From positions 84,319,586-84,383,585 of the forward strand of contig NC_057718.1 of the NCBI RefSeq assembly GCF_004010195.1: 64,000 nt of DNA. The letters run 5' to 3'. Positions 23,605-36,200 of this stretch are shown here, piece by piece. Under the pieces are notes generated by a model. That model worked only from the letters and a program-made list of their open reading frames with translations. It had not been told where the DNA came from and did no database searches. Source of the stretch: Chiloscyllium plagiosum. Lineage: Eukaryota. Within the stretch, counting starts at the first letter, position 1; each line of letters opens with the position of its first letter. The position numbers were made by a program, and so were the translations under genes.

Positions 23605-23845
23605 GATAGAACACAGAACAGCATATTACAGGCCCTTTAGCCCTCAATGTTGCGCAGACCTGTGGAATCCATCTGAAGCCCATCTAATCTATACTATTCC
23701 ATTCTCATCCATACACCTATCCAATGACCATTTAAATGCCCTTCAAAAGTTAGTAAGTCAACTACTGTTGCAGGCAGTGCATTCCAAGTCGTTACTACTC
23801 TGAATAAAGAAATTATCTCTGACATTTGTCCTATATCTATCACAA
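23605..23845 (-). mobile_element. CR1 3' tail fragment next to the exon 4 acceptor
   Basis: Near copy of the CR1 tail at 16515-16900. Confidence 0.7.
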
Positions 23846-24459
23846 GGTATTAGAAGGTATCTATCTACAGTAATTATTATAGTTCATGCTCAAAACAATC
23901 CATGGTCTCACCTCATTTTACCTATGATCAGAACTCACTCTCCCTCCATTTCTGGCCCCTTGCACATCTGACTTCCTACGTCCCGTCATTAGGTAAAGAC
24001 CAAAATGCTCTGGCATACTTATTCTAAGCTGGATTTTTAAATGAGGTGTTCACATTAAAAATCCATGAAGATCCTGCGTGGGATCAACCCATCTAATACC
24101 TCAATATTTAACACTAAAAATTCCTCCTCAAACATCCCCATCCTCCACCAATCTGTCCCTTTCAGACTCTCCTTAAAATTTACCCAAGCTTATGGTCACA
24201 ATTCCTAATGTAATTTTTATTGAATTAGTGGGAATTTCTTTTCTGTGGAGCATCCTGAGATCTTTTGTTACATTAAGAGGTGCTACTTAAATTCAAGTTA
24301 TTGTTTTACTGCACTCAAGAAATTCTAGAAATGGCAAGTTACAGTTCTCTCTGCAGATGAGATTATTTACAATTTACCCTGTGTATTTGGAATAGAAATG
24401 AAAACTATGTTGTGTCAAATGCAAGAATTTATAAAACTAATATTTCTGGGTTTCATAGT

Positions 24460-26790
24460 AATAGAACCAGGAGTAGGCCATTCATTAAGATCATGGCTGA
24501 TTTACCCATCATCTCAGCTCCTCCTATCTACATTATCCCCATAACCCTTAACTCCCCTACCATGCAAAACCCATCAACTGTGTCTTGAATATATTTATTG
24601 AAGCTGTCTCTACTGCTTCCTTGGGCAGAGAATTCCATAGATTCACTACTCTCTGGAAAAAGCAGTCCCTCCTCATCTCAGTCCTAAACCTACACCCCAT
24701 AATCTTGAGGCCACACCCCCTAGATCTAGTCTCACCCACCAACAGAAACTTGCCTGCCTCCACCTTATCTATCCATTTCATAATTTTGTTTCTATAGGAT
24801 CTCCCCATTCTTCTAAATTCTAGCAAGTACAGTGCCAGGCAGCTCAACCTCTCCTTGTAGGGTAACCCCCTCATCTCTGGAATCAACGTGGTGAAACTCC
24901 TCTGCACCACCTCCAAAACCAATATATCCTTCTTCAAGCAAGGAGACCAGCACTGTGCGTAAAGCTCCAGGTGCGGCCTCACCAACACGTTGTACAATTG
25001 CAGCAGAATCTCCCTGCTCTTAAATTCAATCCTTCTAGCAATGAAAGCCAAATTCCATTTGCCTTTCTGATTACTTGTTGCACCTGGAGGTCAACGTTGA
25101 GCGATTCATACATGAGCACACCTCAGTCCCTCTGCACAACAGCATGCTGAAATCTTTCACCATTTAAATAATACTCTTGACCTACTATTTTACTTCCAAA
25201 GTTGATAACCTCACATTTACTAATATTGTGCTCCATCTGCTACACCCTTGCCCACTTACTTTATCTAAATCTCTCTGTAGACTCTGCACAGTTTGCCTTT
25301 CCACTCAATTTAGTGTTATCACCAAATGTCACACTGTCTCCTCTTCCAAATCACATATCACTAACAGCTGCTGGCCCAACACTGACCTCTGTGGCACCAG
25401 AGAAATACCCATTTATTACAACTCTCTGCTTTTTATTGGTTAACCGGTCCTCTCTACATACTAGTATATTCCCCGCAACTTCATGCATTATCTTATGGAG
25501 GAGTCTTTTATGTGGCAGCTTGTCGAATACCTTCTGGAAATCCAAGTATACAACATCCATCCACCATGCTTGTTACATCCTCAAAGAACTCCAGTACACT
25601 TGCCAAACACTACCTTCCCTTCCCTTCCTGAATCCATGCTGTGTCTGCCTGATGGAACTCTTTCCATCCAGATGTCCCTCTATTTCTTCTTTAATGAAAG
25701 CCTCTAGCATGTTCCCGACTACAGATGTTAAGCTAACTGGCCTATAGTTACCTGCCTTTTGCCTACACCCTTTTTTAAGACAGCGGTGTGACATTCGCTG
25801 TCTATCAGTCCACCAGAACCTGCACTGAGTCTAGTGAATTTTGGTAAATTACCACTAACGCATCTACTATAACTTCCACTATTTCTTTCAGCACCCTTGG
25901 GATACATTCCATCAGGACCAGGGGAATTTATCTACCTTTAGACCCTTGAGTTTGCTCATCACTACACCTTTAGTGATAACAATTGAATTGAAGTCTTCAT
26001 CTCAATCATTCTTTGACATGTTAGACACATCTTCCACTGAAGACTGACACAAAATAGTTATTCAAGCCTTGGCCGTTTCAACATTACCCAATATTAATTT
26101 CCCTTTCTCATCCTGCAAGGGACACACATCTACTTTAGCCACCCTTTTCTGTTTAATATAAAAACTTTTCCTACCTGTTTTTATATTCTGTGCTTGCATT
26201 CATAATATAACTTTCCTTTCTATATTGCTTGCTTTGGGAAAACTTCAAAAAGCAACAAAGAACCACAATCTTCCTGTTTCCCACTACTCTTGGCTACTTT
26301 GTAAGCCTGAGCATTTAATTGGATGCCTTCCTTTATTTCCTTGGTTATCCAAGGTTGGCTCTTCCTCCTCTTACTATCCTTGTTTTCGACTGGAATATAC
26401 TTTCCTTGAGCTCTGTGAAAAATCTCTTTGAAAGGCCTCCACTGTTCCACCATATTACTGGTGTTCAGTCTAATTTAGCCAATGCCTTCCTCATCCCATT
26501 ATAGTCTCCCTTGTTTAAGAATAACACCCTTGTTTTAGATGATACTATTTCACCTTCCAATGTATCCGAAATTCTACCATAATTTGATCACTCTTTGAGA
26601 GGATCCTAACTACAAGATCATTAATTTTACCTGTGTCATTACATAGGACCAGATCTAAGATTGCTCGCTCCCTTGTAGGTTCAGTAACATGCTGTTCAAG
26701 AAAGTTATCACGGATGAGTTCTCTGAACTCCTCAACATTGCCTTTACCGATTTGATTCGGCCAATCAATGTGCACGTTAAAGTCACCCAT
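24460..26790 (-). mobile_element. CR1 LINE ORF2 remnant (endonuclease to 3' end)
   Basis: MGDFNVHIDW...PTRERAILDLVL (APE endonuclease), GNYRPVSLTSVVG, DVVYLDFQKVFDKLPH, LYNVLVRPHLE. Confidence 0.92.
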
Positions 26791-27264
26791 GTAAGAATGG
26801 AATGGCAGCAGTCATATGTCAGATATTTCTTGATTACTGTCGTCATGTGGATATGGTTAAGGGTTTCAGTCACTGATTTGACGAGATCACAAATGTGAGG
26901 TACCAACTGAATGCCATGGTTTATTCCAGCTGGGGGTAAGGAATAATAACGAGGAATGGTCAAGTCCATACACATCCTGGGCATCGTCTTGGCCCAGAAT
27001 TAGCAACAGTTTGTGAACAGACCATGCAACAACTAAAAAGGGAAGTCCGGTTAGGCAAAGGAGGAGTTAACAATATTGAAGAAAAAAACCAAGTGGAAAT
27101 TCAAATCATTAAAATATCCACGAGGTAAAGGAACAATCATAAAAGTCTGTATTCCTGCAGCAGACTAACTTAAACTTGTGAAAAATCCTTGTTTGACAAA
27201 TCCTGGTCAGAGACCACCAAACATTTCCTCTTGAACACTGATTAGAATATTATCGACTGATTAA

Positions 27265-27552
27265 CTTGATTTGAGCTATTATTGTCACATGTACCTGTGT
27301 ACAGTGAAAGTTTTGTTCTGCTTGCAGTACAGGAAGACTATATCATACAAAGATCACAGGGTGATAGAACAGAGCAAGAAATACAAAGTTACAGCTACAA
27401 AGAGATGCACAAAAAGCAAGATCAATATTAGATTTGAAATTAGGGAGGTTCAAAAGTCTAATAACAACGGGAAAGAAGCTATTCTTGAACCTGTTGTACC
27501 TTTTGAAACTTTTGTATCTTCAGCCTGATGGAAGAGTTGGAAGAGATTACAA
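27265..27552 (-). mobile_element. Rex1/Babar-like LINE 3' end
   Basis: Reverse-complement similarity to the 3' part of the element at 61615-62475 (GGTACA.GTGACAATAA tail). Confidence 0.5.
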
Positions 27553-29569
27553 CTAGTTCAGAAAGGGTTTCTAGCTGCTCTACTGGGCAGAAAAGTGACC
27601 CTGGGATGTGTTCCCAGCAAGTGACTGATTTATTTTTGCATTAAATGATACAGCGAACTTTTAAAATTAACCAGCACTTATAGGACCAAGAGTGTGCCAG
27701 TAGATCAAATATTCTGGTTGATCAAGAGGGCCATATAATATAAAAACCATACACCAAGTAATAGAAACATATTGCAGGGGGTATACGCATCACTGATTTA
27801 CTTGATTTATAGCATAAATTACTTTAATAATAGTGCAACTTTGCCTTAAATAAAACTTAGTAGAGAGCACCTGCACACACATACACACAATACAGTAATC
27901 TTCCAGTATTTGAGTTACACAATTTTTGCCATTTTTCAGTTCATAAGATGCTGGTTAAAACAAAAATTGCTGTAATGTTTTCTTTTTTAAAAATTTGCTG
28001 CAAAAAAGCTGATTTGTTAGGTATCAGCATTGGCTCAAATGGTGGCATGCATGCTTCTGAGCTTGAAGGCTTGAACCCCATTCCAAATGTTTGAACACAA
28101 AGATTAGACCAACAATTCAAAAGGATTACTGAGGGAGTTCTGTATAGCCAGAGCTGCCGAATTTTGAATGAGATGTTAAAGTGAGCCATGCGTGCAGCTA
28201 CGTCCAAAATATATTTTAACTAAAATCTTTTTTTTCTGCCTTTGGTGGTGAGCAAACTTTCCAACAGAGAAAGGTAATTACAGCTTTGTAGAGGTGCAGG
28301 TCATGTTTCCAGCTTAAATGCCTCTGTCCCTCCTTGGTGACTTCATGGTATTTATTGTACAATCCCTATAAACTGCAATATTTTTAAAAAGAAAGGGATT
28401 CCCACAAGATCAACAGAAAGTAGTGGACAAAACTACATTTTAAAAATTACTGCAACAAATCAGACAAAGCCAAAGTACCTCAAACATTAGTTGATGGGTG
28501 AAGGATATTTGAAACAAAAAGTCATTTTTATAATCAATACAAAGGTATACTTCACATTGTTGCAAACTCTTGCATTAATTTTGTATAAATGAGGCACACA
28601 ATCTCACAGTCTTTCCAAATTAATTTCAGTTTTGAAGTATTTCTGATTTTCCACCAAATAATTTTAGTCATTGAGTCACAATCACGAGCAACTGTATTCC
28701 ATTCAAAGTCCCAGGACAACGTACACAATGCCAAGGCATACATCTATGAACCCTCTCTCTCACCCCTGTCATGACAGTCCTGATGGCACAGATTCCTCAG
28801 TGACTCCCTTCTCCAAGCCATTTAAGCGGTCAGAGAGCCCTTATATAATTGAAACAGCAGCAATGAAATAGTCTAATCCACAATCCATTGTACCTAAATC
28901 TGTCTCTTTCAAGTATATAACACACGCTTACAGTCTCTGCTTTATTCTCAGAATATACCATAAGAAAATTTCCCCATTTGGGGAGAACATTAATTTCTCC
29001 TTCTCCTGATCCATGCATCTCCATGACAACGTCAAGTCACGTGTAAACCAATTAATCTTCTTTCAGAATACACCCCAGTATACTTTGGTCTTCGAGGGAT
29101 TATTGCACAAAAGTAAAATCCTGTTTCTAAAAAAAAAAGACATTTTGTCAAAGCTTCTCATTTTGTTTCATCAAGACAATTTAGAAAAAATACCAATATA
29201 TAAGGAAAACAACATGCAAAACATGCATGAGAAAGAGTGCTGATTGGTTGACAAGTGGACCCTGATTGGAAATTATGTTACCATGCAGAATTCACCATTT
29301 AGTTGATGACTGACAGGCTTTATTTAAATTTTAATCAAGACGTTGACATTGGTGGGTCAAGACATTTAAGTGACTGTCAGCTATTTTGTTGAATTGAAAC
29401 AGATGCAATATGTATACTTTTTTTCTGCCTTCAAAAGAATATTGTCCTGTGCATTAATACATGTAGCTTCTGGTACATGAAAGTGTGCCATACTCTGAAC
29501 CCAACTGACATTTCTCATATTCAGCATAATTCTTAGCACACTTAGTAAATGTTGTCCAATCACAGAATC

Positions 29570-29698
29570 TTAGTCAAAACATGTGGTGCTGGAAAAGCAC
29601 GGCCAGTCAGGCAGCATCCGAGGAGCAGGAGAGTCTGTTTTGAGCATAAGGACACTGCCTGACCAGTTGTGCTTTTCCAGCATCACACACTTTGACTC
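29570..29698. repeat. Palindromic PLE-terminus insertion (two inverted tails)
   Basis: Arms 29582-29614 and 29656-29688 are reverse complements. Possible TSD ACAGAATC/AGAGAATC. Confidence 0.75.
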
Positions 29699-30159
29699 AG
29701 AGAATCATATCTAATATTGGACCTTGTGTGTTGAATTTTGCAAGTGCAGGCTGGTTGGGTAAGATTGATGGTGATACCAAACAGTATCTTTGCTTGTTAT
29801 CAACTATGGAACCTGCAGCCTACACACCCAGTGTCATAGACTACATTACTCACACGTGTGACAGGCAGAAGATGGTTTTGATTTGAAGGCAGCTTCCTAT
29901 TAGTGGCGAACACCATTTATGCAGTTACTGTACAGGAGCACATGAAACAGCAAACTTCATCTTTTGCTCAAACTTCAAAAACACAAACATGATGGCCCCT
30001 CACATCCCATGACCAGTTCTGCAAAACTTAAATTGACCAAGTAACAGATGAATTATCACCACCAGTTCTGAATAAGTTTTCACTCATATGGTGAAGGATT
30101 CCTTCATTTTAGAACTTTGTTTCCACACTGTAGGGAAACTAATCTAATTTTTTTTTTAA

Positions 30160-30463
30160 ATGGGCAGTGGCTCGATGGTTAGCACTGCTGCCTCACAGCA
30201 CCAGTGATCTGGGTTCGATTCCAGCCTCGGGCGACTGTCTGTGTGGAAATTGTACATTCTCCCAGTGTCTGCGTGGGTTTCCTCCAGTTTCCTCCCATAG
30301 TCCAAAGATGTGCAGGTCAGGTGAATTGGCCATGCTAGGTTGTCCATAATGTTAGGTGTATTAGTCAGAGGGAAATGGGTGGGTTACTCTTCAGAGGGTC
30401 AGTGTGGAGCTGTTGGGTCAAATGGTATGTTTCCACACTGTAGGGAATCTAATCTAATCTAAA
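30160..30463 (+). mobile_element. HE1/V-SINE-like SINE
   Basis: B-box GGGTTCGATTCC, V-domain, (AATCT)n tail. Confidence 0.88.
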
Positions 30464-31234
30464 ACCTCCATATAGGACATGCAGATCAATAGCAATATTG
30501 TGCTGTTCCCTGTGCTCATTTGAGAGAACTAGCTTTTTCAACTATGTATCAATGTGAAAACAGGATGCATCATTGCCACCTTGTTCAGATCATTCCTTGC
30601 TGTTGTGTTATTCCTAAAAAGCACCTACCTCAGATTGCCCTGGAAGGATATCTCAGATCTATGAGCAACAGGTGAAGCTAGCAATTTACAGATAATCCTT
30701 AGACTGTAAGAATTACAGTGACAACCAATTTTGGATTGTTAATTAGGCTCACATTGTGACCTACTAGCACATACTAGAAACTACATATATTAACTACCAG
30801 GGCTTTGCTCTTGTAGAGAGAACAGATCCATACATTGAGACTGTTACAAATCAACAAAACACATGACAACCACTTTCTGATTCATTTCTCAGGGAAATGC
30901 CTTGACCAGAGTCACTCTGCCCAGTTCAAAACTTAAACAAAGCCTGGTAAATAACTATCATTCATCATCTCACTGGTATTCGCCATGTCAACACCTCTAC
31001 AATAATCCATTTGCCAGCCAATCAACATCTCTTCTCTCATACATGTTGTTTTCCTTTACTTTAGCATTGTCCTGATGGTTGAAAGATTCAAGGGCTCAGC
31101 AAAATATCTTTTTTAAACCTCTCAGGTTCAATACTACAGGCTTTTCCCAATGCACATGGGTCATCACTGTGAACCTAGGTTCACCCACAGACACTGTCAG
31201 ATTCCTCTGAAGATCCAGTGGACACATATTCCCA

Positions 31235-31259
31235 ACACACGCACACACACACACACACA
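31235..31259. repeat. (CA)n microsatellite
   Basis: Direct inspection. Confidence 0.8.
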
Positions 31260-32471
31260 GAAGCCACTCTGACTAAACAACTTGGTTTGGGAGTCAGACA
31301 GAGGCTGCTCACCTCTCAAGGGGTCATCCCAGATATTCTGTTACATCCCAGTTATCCATGATGCCTGGCAAATTAAATATTCCTCCAGCACACATCATTC
31401 TTAAAATATTGATTTGTGGAGAATGGACACACCAGCAAGCTAACTGTTTGTTGCTTATTTCTAATCAACTTGAAAGATGTTGGTAAGTCTCTTCTTGAAT
31501 GGTGCTCCTTGAGATGAGGATATTCCCAGAGCCATTATAGCAGGGATACAAGCCATGGCCACCCACTTCTGCCACCACATTCCCTCATAATGGTCCGAGT
31601 TAGATAAGTGAAGAAGTGCCAGAGATGAGGAAACTGAGATGGGTGGATAGAAGCTAAAGATGCTAGAAATAGAACAGAGAGGTTAAAGAAAGATTTCAGA
31701 AGTACTCAAATTAAGAAGAGTAATTCAGGAGAATTCAGTTCCAATTGACAACGCCGGCAATAAGCAAGCACAGATTTAAGGTGATAAGCAAAACATGATG
31801 TCATAACAAAGCAAATTTTCAGTTATGATCTGGAACGTGCTACTTTGGAAAGACATTAGAAACAAATTTAACACTAAATCTCAAAATGAAATTGAATGAG
31901 TAATTGAAAAGGAGGGCATTTCTAGTGTTTGGACAAAGGGCAGGATAATTGGATAGCTCTTTTAAAGAGCCAGCAGAAGAATGGCCTTCATCTATGTTCT
32001 CTGACTGTATGACTTCATCATTACTCAACCACTACACCATGATAAGCAGGAGAGGCTCAGGGTCCAAAGTTTGCTAGTCACCAGTTTTTACGACAATAGG
32101 TTGCGGGTCAAGTTGTCCGGTCTTGGAGAGGTAGGGCAATACTCTTAACTTTCCTATTTAAGTCCACTCTCTCAGTATCGCAGAAGACAAAATCTAAATA
32201 TAAAAGCTCAAGTTGGGTTTCCAGGGTTCGGGATATTGAACTGCTAAACAGTGACGTGAAAAGCCAGCTGCAACAGCTAAGAATATTTTGGAGCACCTGT
32301 CATGAGCCAGGAGGTGCAGAAGGCTCTTCCAAATTCCTTGAACATTTGGCCTCTTCTCCTGCTCATTGTGATCCCTCAGTGCTGTGATCAGCTCAAACCC
32401 TCTTCTCCAACCACCAAACTTGAACTCCTTCCCTTACTATTATTGTGCTCTCACTTCTCCCAGCACCCTGA

Positions 32472-32473
<2 letters not shown>

Positions 32474-32503
<30 letters not shown>

Positions 32504-32506
32504 TCT
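32474..32506. repeat. (CT)n-rich microsatellite
   Basis: Direct inspection. Confidence 0.75.
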
Positions 32507-32930
32507 ATTAGAATTTGGGATTGGCAATTCACATATTAAGAATATTGCATCACCCTGGTGCCTAAACGTTGAGAAGAGCTCCCCAGCCTGCCCCCCACCA
32601 GCCCAAACCTCTTACAGTCCTTGCAGACCATCCAAATAGTCCTCAGCTGTGGTCTCCTGTCACTGCTTTTAAATTTCGACAGGGTCTCCATGATCCCAAG
32701 ACTTCTAGATTTCCTTTTCCCTCTAATCCCTCACCTTACCTCCATGAATAATGGGCCCTGAAATTCAAATAAATCCAAAACTGATGGACAATATGTAGCG
32801 AAGGAACTTCAATGGTTAATGGGACAAAAGGTCTTCGAGGAGAAAGTGAGGTCTGCAGATGCTGGAGATCAAAGTTGAAACTTTATTGCTGGAACAGCAC
32901 AGCAGGTCAGGCAGCATCCAGGGAACAGGA

Positions 32931-32970
32931 GATTCGACGTTTCGGGCACAGGCCCTTCTTCAGGAATGAG
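32931..32970 (-). ncRNA. Hammerhead ribozyme motif (best-preserved copy)
   Basis: Minus strand ATTC-CTGAAGA-A-GGGC-CTGT-GCCC-GAAAC-GTC-GAAT: perfect 4-bp stems I and II, GUC cleavage triplet. Confidence 0.82.
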
Positions 32971-33513
32971 CAGAGAGTGTTCAGCAGGAGAAGATAAAAG
33001 GTAGGGAGGAGGGACTTGGAGGAGGGGCGTTGGAAATGTGATAGGTGGAAAGAGGTCAAGGTGAGGGTGATAGGTCGGAGTAGGATGGAGGCGGAGAGGT
33101 CAACAAGAAGACTGCAGGTCAGGAAGGCGGCCCGCCGCATCTGCTCCCAGGAGGACCAGTTCAAAATACGTACAACACAGATGGCCTCATTGGACTCATC
33201 CACCGCCAAACCACAACAACCAGACGGTCGGAGGAGGAGCGTCTTATCTTCCGACTGGGAACCCTCCAACCGCAGGGGATGAACTTGGACTTCACCAGTT
33301 TCTTCATCCCCCCTCCCCCCACCTTGTCTCAGCCAAATCCCTCCAGCCCGGCACCGCCTTCCTGACCTGCAGACTTCTTCTTGACCTCTCCGCCTCCATC
33401 CTACTCCGACCTATCACCCTCACCTTGACCTCTTTCCACCTATCACATTTCCAACGCCCCTCCTCCAAGTCCCTCCTCCCTACCTTTTATCTTCTCCTAC
33501 TGAACACTCTCTG

Positions 33514-33553
33514 CTCATTCCTGAAGAAGGGCATGTGCCCGAAACGCCGAATC
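33514..33553 (+). ncRNA. Hammerhead motif copy with GUC changed to GCC
   Basis: ATTC-CTGAAGA-A-GGGC-ATGT-GCCC-GAAAC-GCC-GAAT; the conserved U of the NUH triplet is lost. Confidence 0.6.
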
Positions 33554-33590
33554 TTCTGTTCCCTAGATGCTGCCTGACCTGCTGTGCTGT

Positions 33591-33940
33591 NNNNNNNNNN
33601 NNNNNNNNNNNNNNNNNNNNNNNNNNNNNNNNNNNNNNNNNNNNNNNNNNNNNNNNNNNNNNNNNNNNNNNNNNNNNNNNNNNNNNNNNNNNNNNNNNNN
33701 NNNNNNNNNNNNNNNNNNNNNNNNNNNNNNNNNNNNNNNNNNNNNNNNNNNNNNNNNNNNNNNNNNNNNNNNNNNNNNNNNNNNNNNNNNNNNNNNNNNN
33801 NNNNNNNNNNNNNNNNNNNNNNNNNNNNNNNNNNNNNNNNNNNNNNNNNNNNNNNNNNNNNNNNNNNNNNNNNNNNNNNNNNNNNNNNNNNNNNNNNNNN
33901 NNNNNNNNNNNNNNNNNNNNNNNNNNNNNNNNNNNNNNNN
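33591..33940. other. Assembly gap (others at 54028-54527 and 56616-56946)
   Basis: Runs of N. Confidence 1.
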
Positions 33941-34670
33941 TGAACTGTTCAACCTCCTCGTGGAAGCACGAGGTAGCGCCCTTACAGTCATCAATGTAGC
34001 GAAGAAAAAGATGGGGGGTGGGGCCAGTGTATTTGCGGAAGATGGATTGTTCCACATACCCTACAAAGAGGCAGGCATAGCTGCGGCCTATGCGGGTGCC
34101 CATGGCTACTCCTTTTGTTTGGAGAACGTGGGAGGATTGGAAAGAAAAGTTGTTCAGGGTGAGGACCAGTTCGGTCAGTCGAAGGAGGGTGTCGGTGGAA
34201 GGGTACTGGGTGGTACGGCGGGAAAGGCAGAAGCGGAGTGCTTTGAGTCCTTCGTGATGGGGGATGGAGGTGTACAGGGACTGGATGTCCATGGTGAAGA
34301 TGAGGCGTTGGGGACCGGGGAAGCGTAAATCCTGGAGGAGGTGGAGGGCGTGGGTGGTGTCACGAACGTAGGTGGGGAGTTCTTGGACTAAGGGGGACAG
34401 GACCGTGTCGAGGTATGCCGAGATGAGTTCGGTTGGGCAGGAGCAGGCTGAGACGATGGGTTGTCCGGGGCAGTCAGGTTTGTGGATTTTGGGCAGGAGG
34501 TAGAAACGGGCGGTGTGGGGTTGTGGGACTATGAGGTTGGAGGCGGTGGGACAAAAGGTCTGACTTATTAGGACCATCATGGGATTCTTATCTTCATTCC
34601 AGTCACTTCAATATTAAACTTCAACAGATCAATCTACTGCAGTGAACTTGTTTAAGAAAATTGATCTTAC

Positions 34671-34877
34671 GTGTCCTGCCAGATTGAAATAGGAATGATT
34701 GGTCAGGTTTACAGGGGTGGTCTCAGTGGTTTGGGCCTTGTAATTAATAGCCAGCACTGCTCCATCAAGACTGTACGTCACACAGACTTTCAGCTCTCCA
34801 GGATACCCTTCTTCACCATCAGCACTTGTCATGGAAAACCTCACTCCATTTGATAATATTTCGGATGTCCAAAGCAC
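34671..34877 (-). CDS. GALM: Galactose mutarotase coding exon 3
   Basis: VLWTSEILSNGVRFSMTSADGEEGYPGELKVCVTYSLDGAVLAINYKAQTTETTPVNLTNHSYFNLAGH, containing the catalytic NLTNHSYFNL motif. Acceptor TTATAG, donor GTAAGA, 207 nt, phase 0/0. Confidence 0.97.
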
Positions 34878-35857
34878 CTATAAGAAAAATAATTTGAATT
34901 AAAAATGCATTCAATTGAAATGACTAATCAATGACGAGTCTAAAGAATAATGCAGTCCAAAGATGTGCATGCTGGGTGGATTGGCCATGGGAAACTCAGG
35001 GTTGCAGGGATAGGGTAGGGGTACTTTAAGCATCTAAAACTCAGGAACAGTTCCAGTTCCTTCACCATGCTCTTGCAGCTACTCTCAGCCTCAACGCTTC
35101 AATGTCACAGACCCATCCACTGCCTTCAGGCTTCTCCGAGCACCCAACTACTCACATCCAGCTCCAATTGCCCTCAGCATATACAGAGTCTTTTGAAGGA
35201 AGACAGCTGGAGGCTAGAGCCTGGACAGGATTCGGAGACTGCTGTTACTTTCACAGGTGCAGTGTTGGCAGCACAGGCTTTTTGCAGAAAGACCCACTGC
35301 ATCACCTAACAAATCAGGCAATTGGTAGACTGTCCAGAAACCTTCCTGCTCCAGCCTTAATCAAGGTGAAGGCAGGAAGGTGCCACTACCTCCAGTGGAA
35401 TTAAATGGCTCCCTTGCCACTAGACATACTATAGGGGACAGCACAAAACTCTTTCATATATCTAATACTTAGAAAAGATTTTGACATTCCAAACAGTAAC
35501 TTCTAATAACCCTATGTCACAAGTGAAGAACCACCTGTACGTAGGTCTTGAAGTTATATTCAAGTTTAATTACAACTAAAATTAGGAACGTTACTCTAAT
35601 CCTTCTAAAATATCACAACACAGTATTAACCGTCTAAAGAAGTGTAATAAAGTAATGCAATATATTTTAAAAGGGGGAGGAAGGAAACTTTTCTTTGGTT
35701 TCAAAAATTGAATTTCTCTCAAACTCCCTTTCACTCCAGTGGTTAAACAAAACAGATAATTAGTGATCAGGTTACAAGGCTGGTATGAAATAGACAGGGA
35801 TGGGGAATTCCAATTGGAACAGACATCAATGTGAGTAGTTCACAAATGTCTGTCAGA

Positions 35858-36200
35858 CTTGCATTTACTTATTGCCTTTCATGACCATTAATGTCCCAAA
35901 GTGCTTTACAGCTAATGAAAAACTTCAGAAGAGTTATCATTGTTGAAATATAGAAACCATGGCAGCCAGCTGACATAAAACAAAGTCCCATAAACAGCAA
36001 AGCAACATTGACAGAGATCTGCTTTAGTGAAAAAATAAACATTATAAATATCGCCTCATACACCAATGAGCTCTCCATTTTGGATTTTCTGCATTCAGCT
36101 GAGAGGACAGTTAACTCAAAAATAAAGGCATCTCCAACAGTACTGTATTCCTCCAAGTTTTACATTGGATTGCCAGCTTAGAACATCTGCTCAAGTCAGT
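35858..36200 (-). mobile_element. DeuSINE/SacSINE1-like SINE
   Basis: Reverse complement resembles 9200-9597 (ACTTGCATTT...GCCTTTCA...GTCCCAAAGTGCTTTACAG). Confidence 0.5.

Larger units (their letters stand above)
32835..34546 (-). mobile_element. Young Penelope-like element with inverted terminal repeats and RT fragment; spans an assembly gap
   Basis: Open RT frame FYLLPKIHKPDCPGQPIVS...TMDIQSLYTSIP...GVAMGT...LRYIDD (33941-34546). Perfect 15-bp TSD TGGGACAAAAGGTCT (32820-32834, 34547-34561). Confidence 0.9.

Noticed and set aside
33480..34580. Long ORFs (up to 366 aa) here and at 53860-54769 and 56441-57179
   Set aside because: Their length comes from N-gaps translated as X; the real residues are PLE or CR1 fragments.
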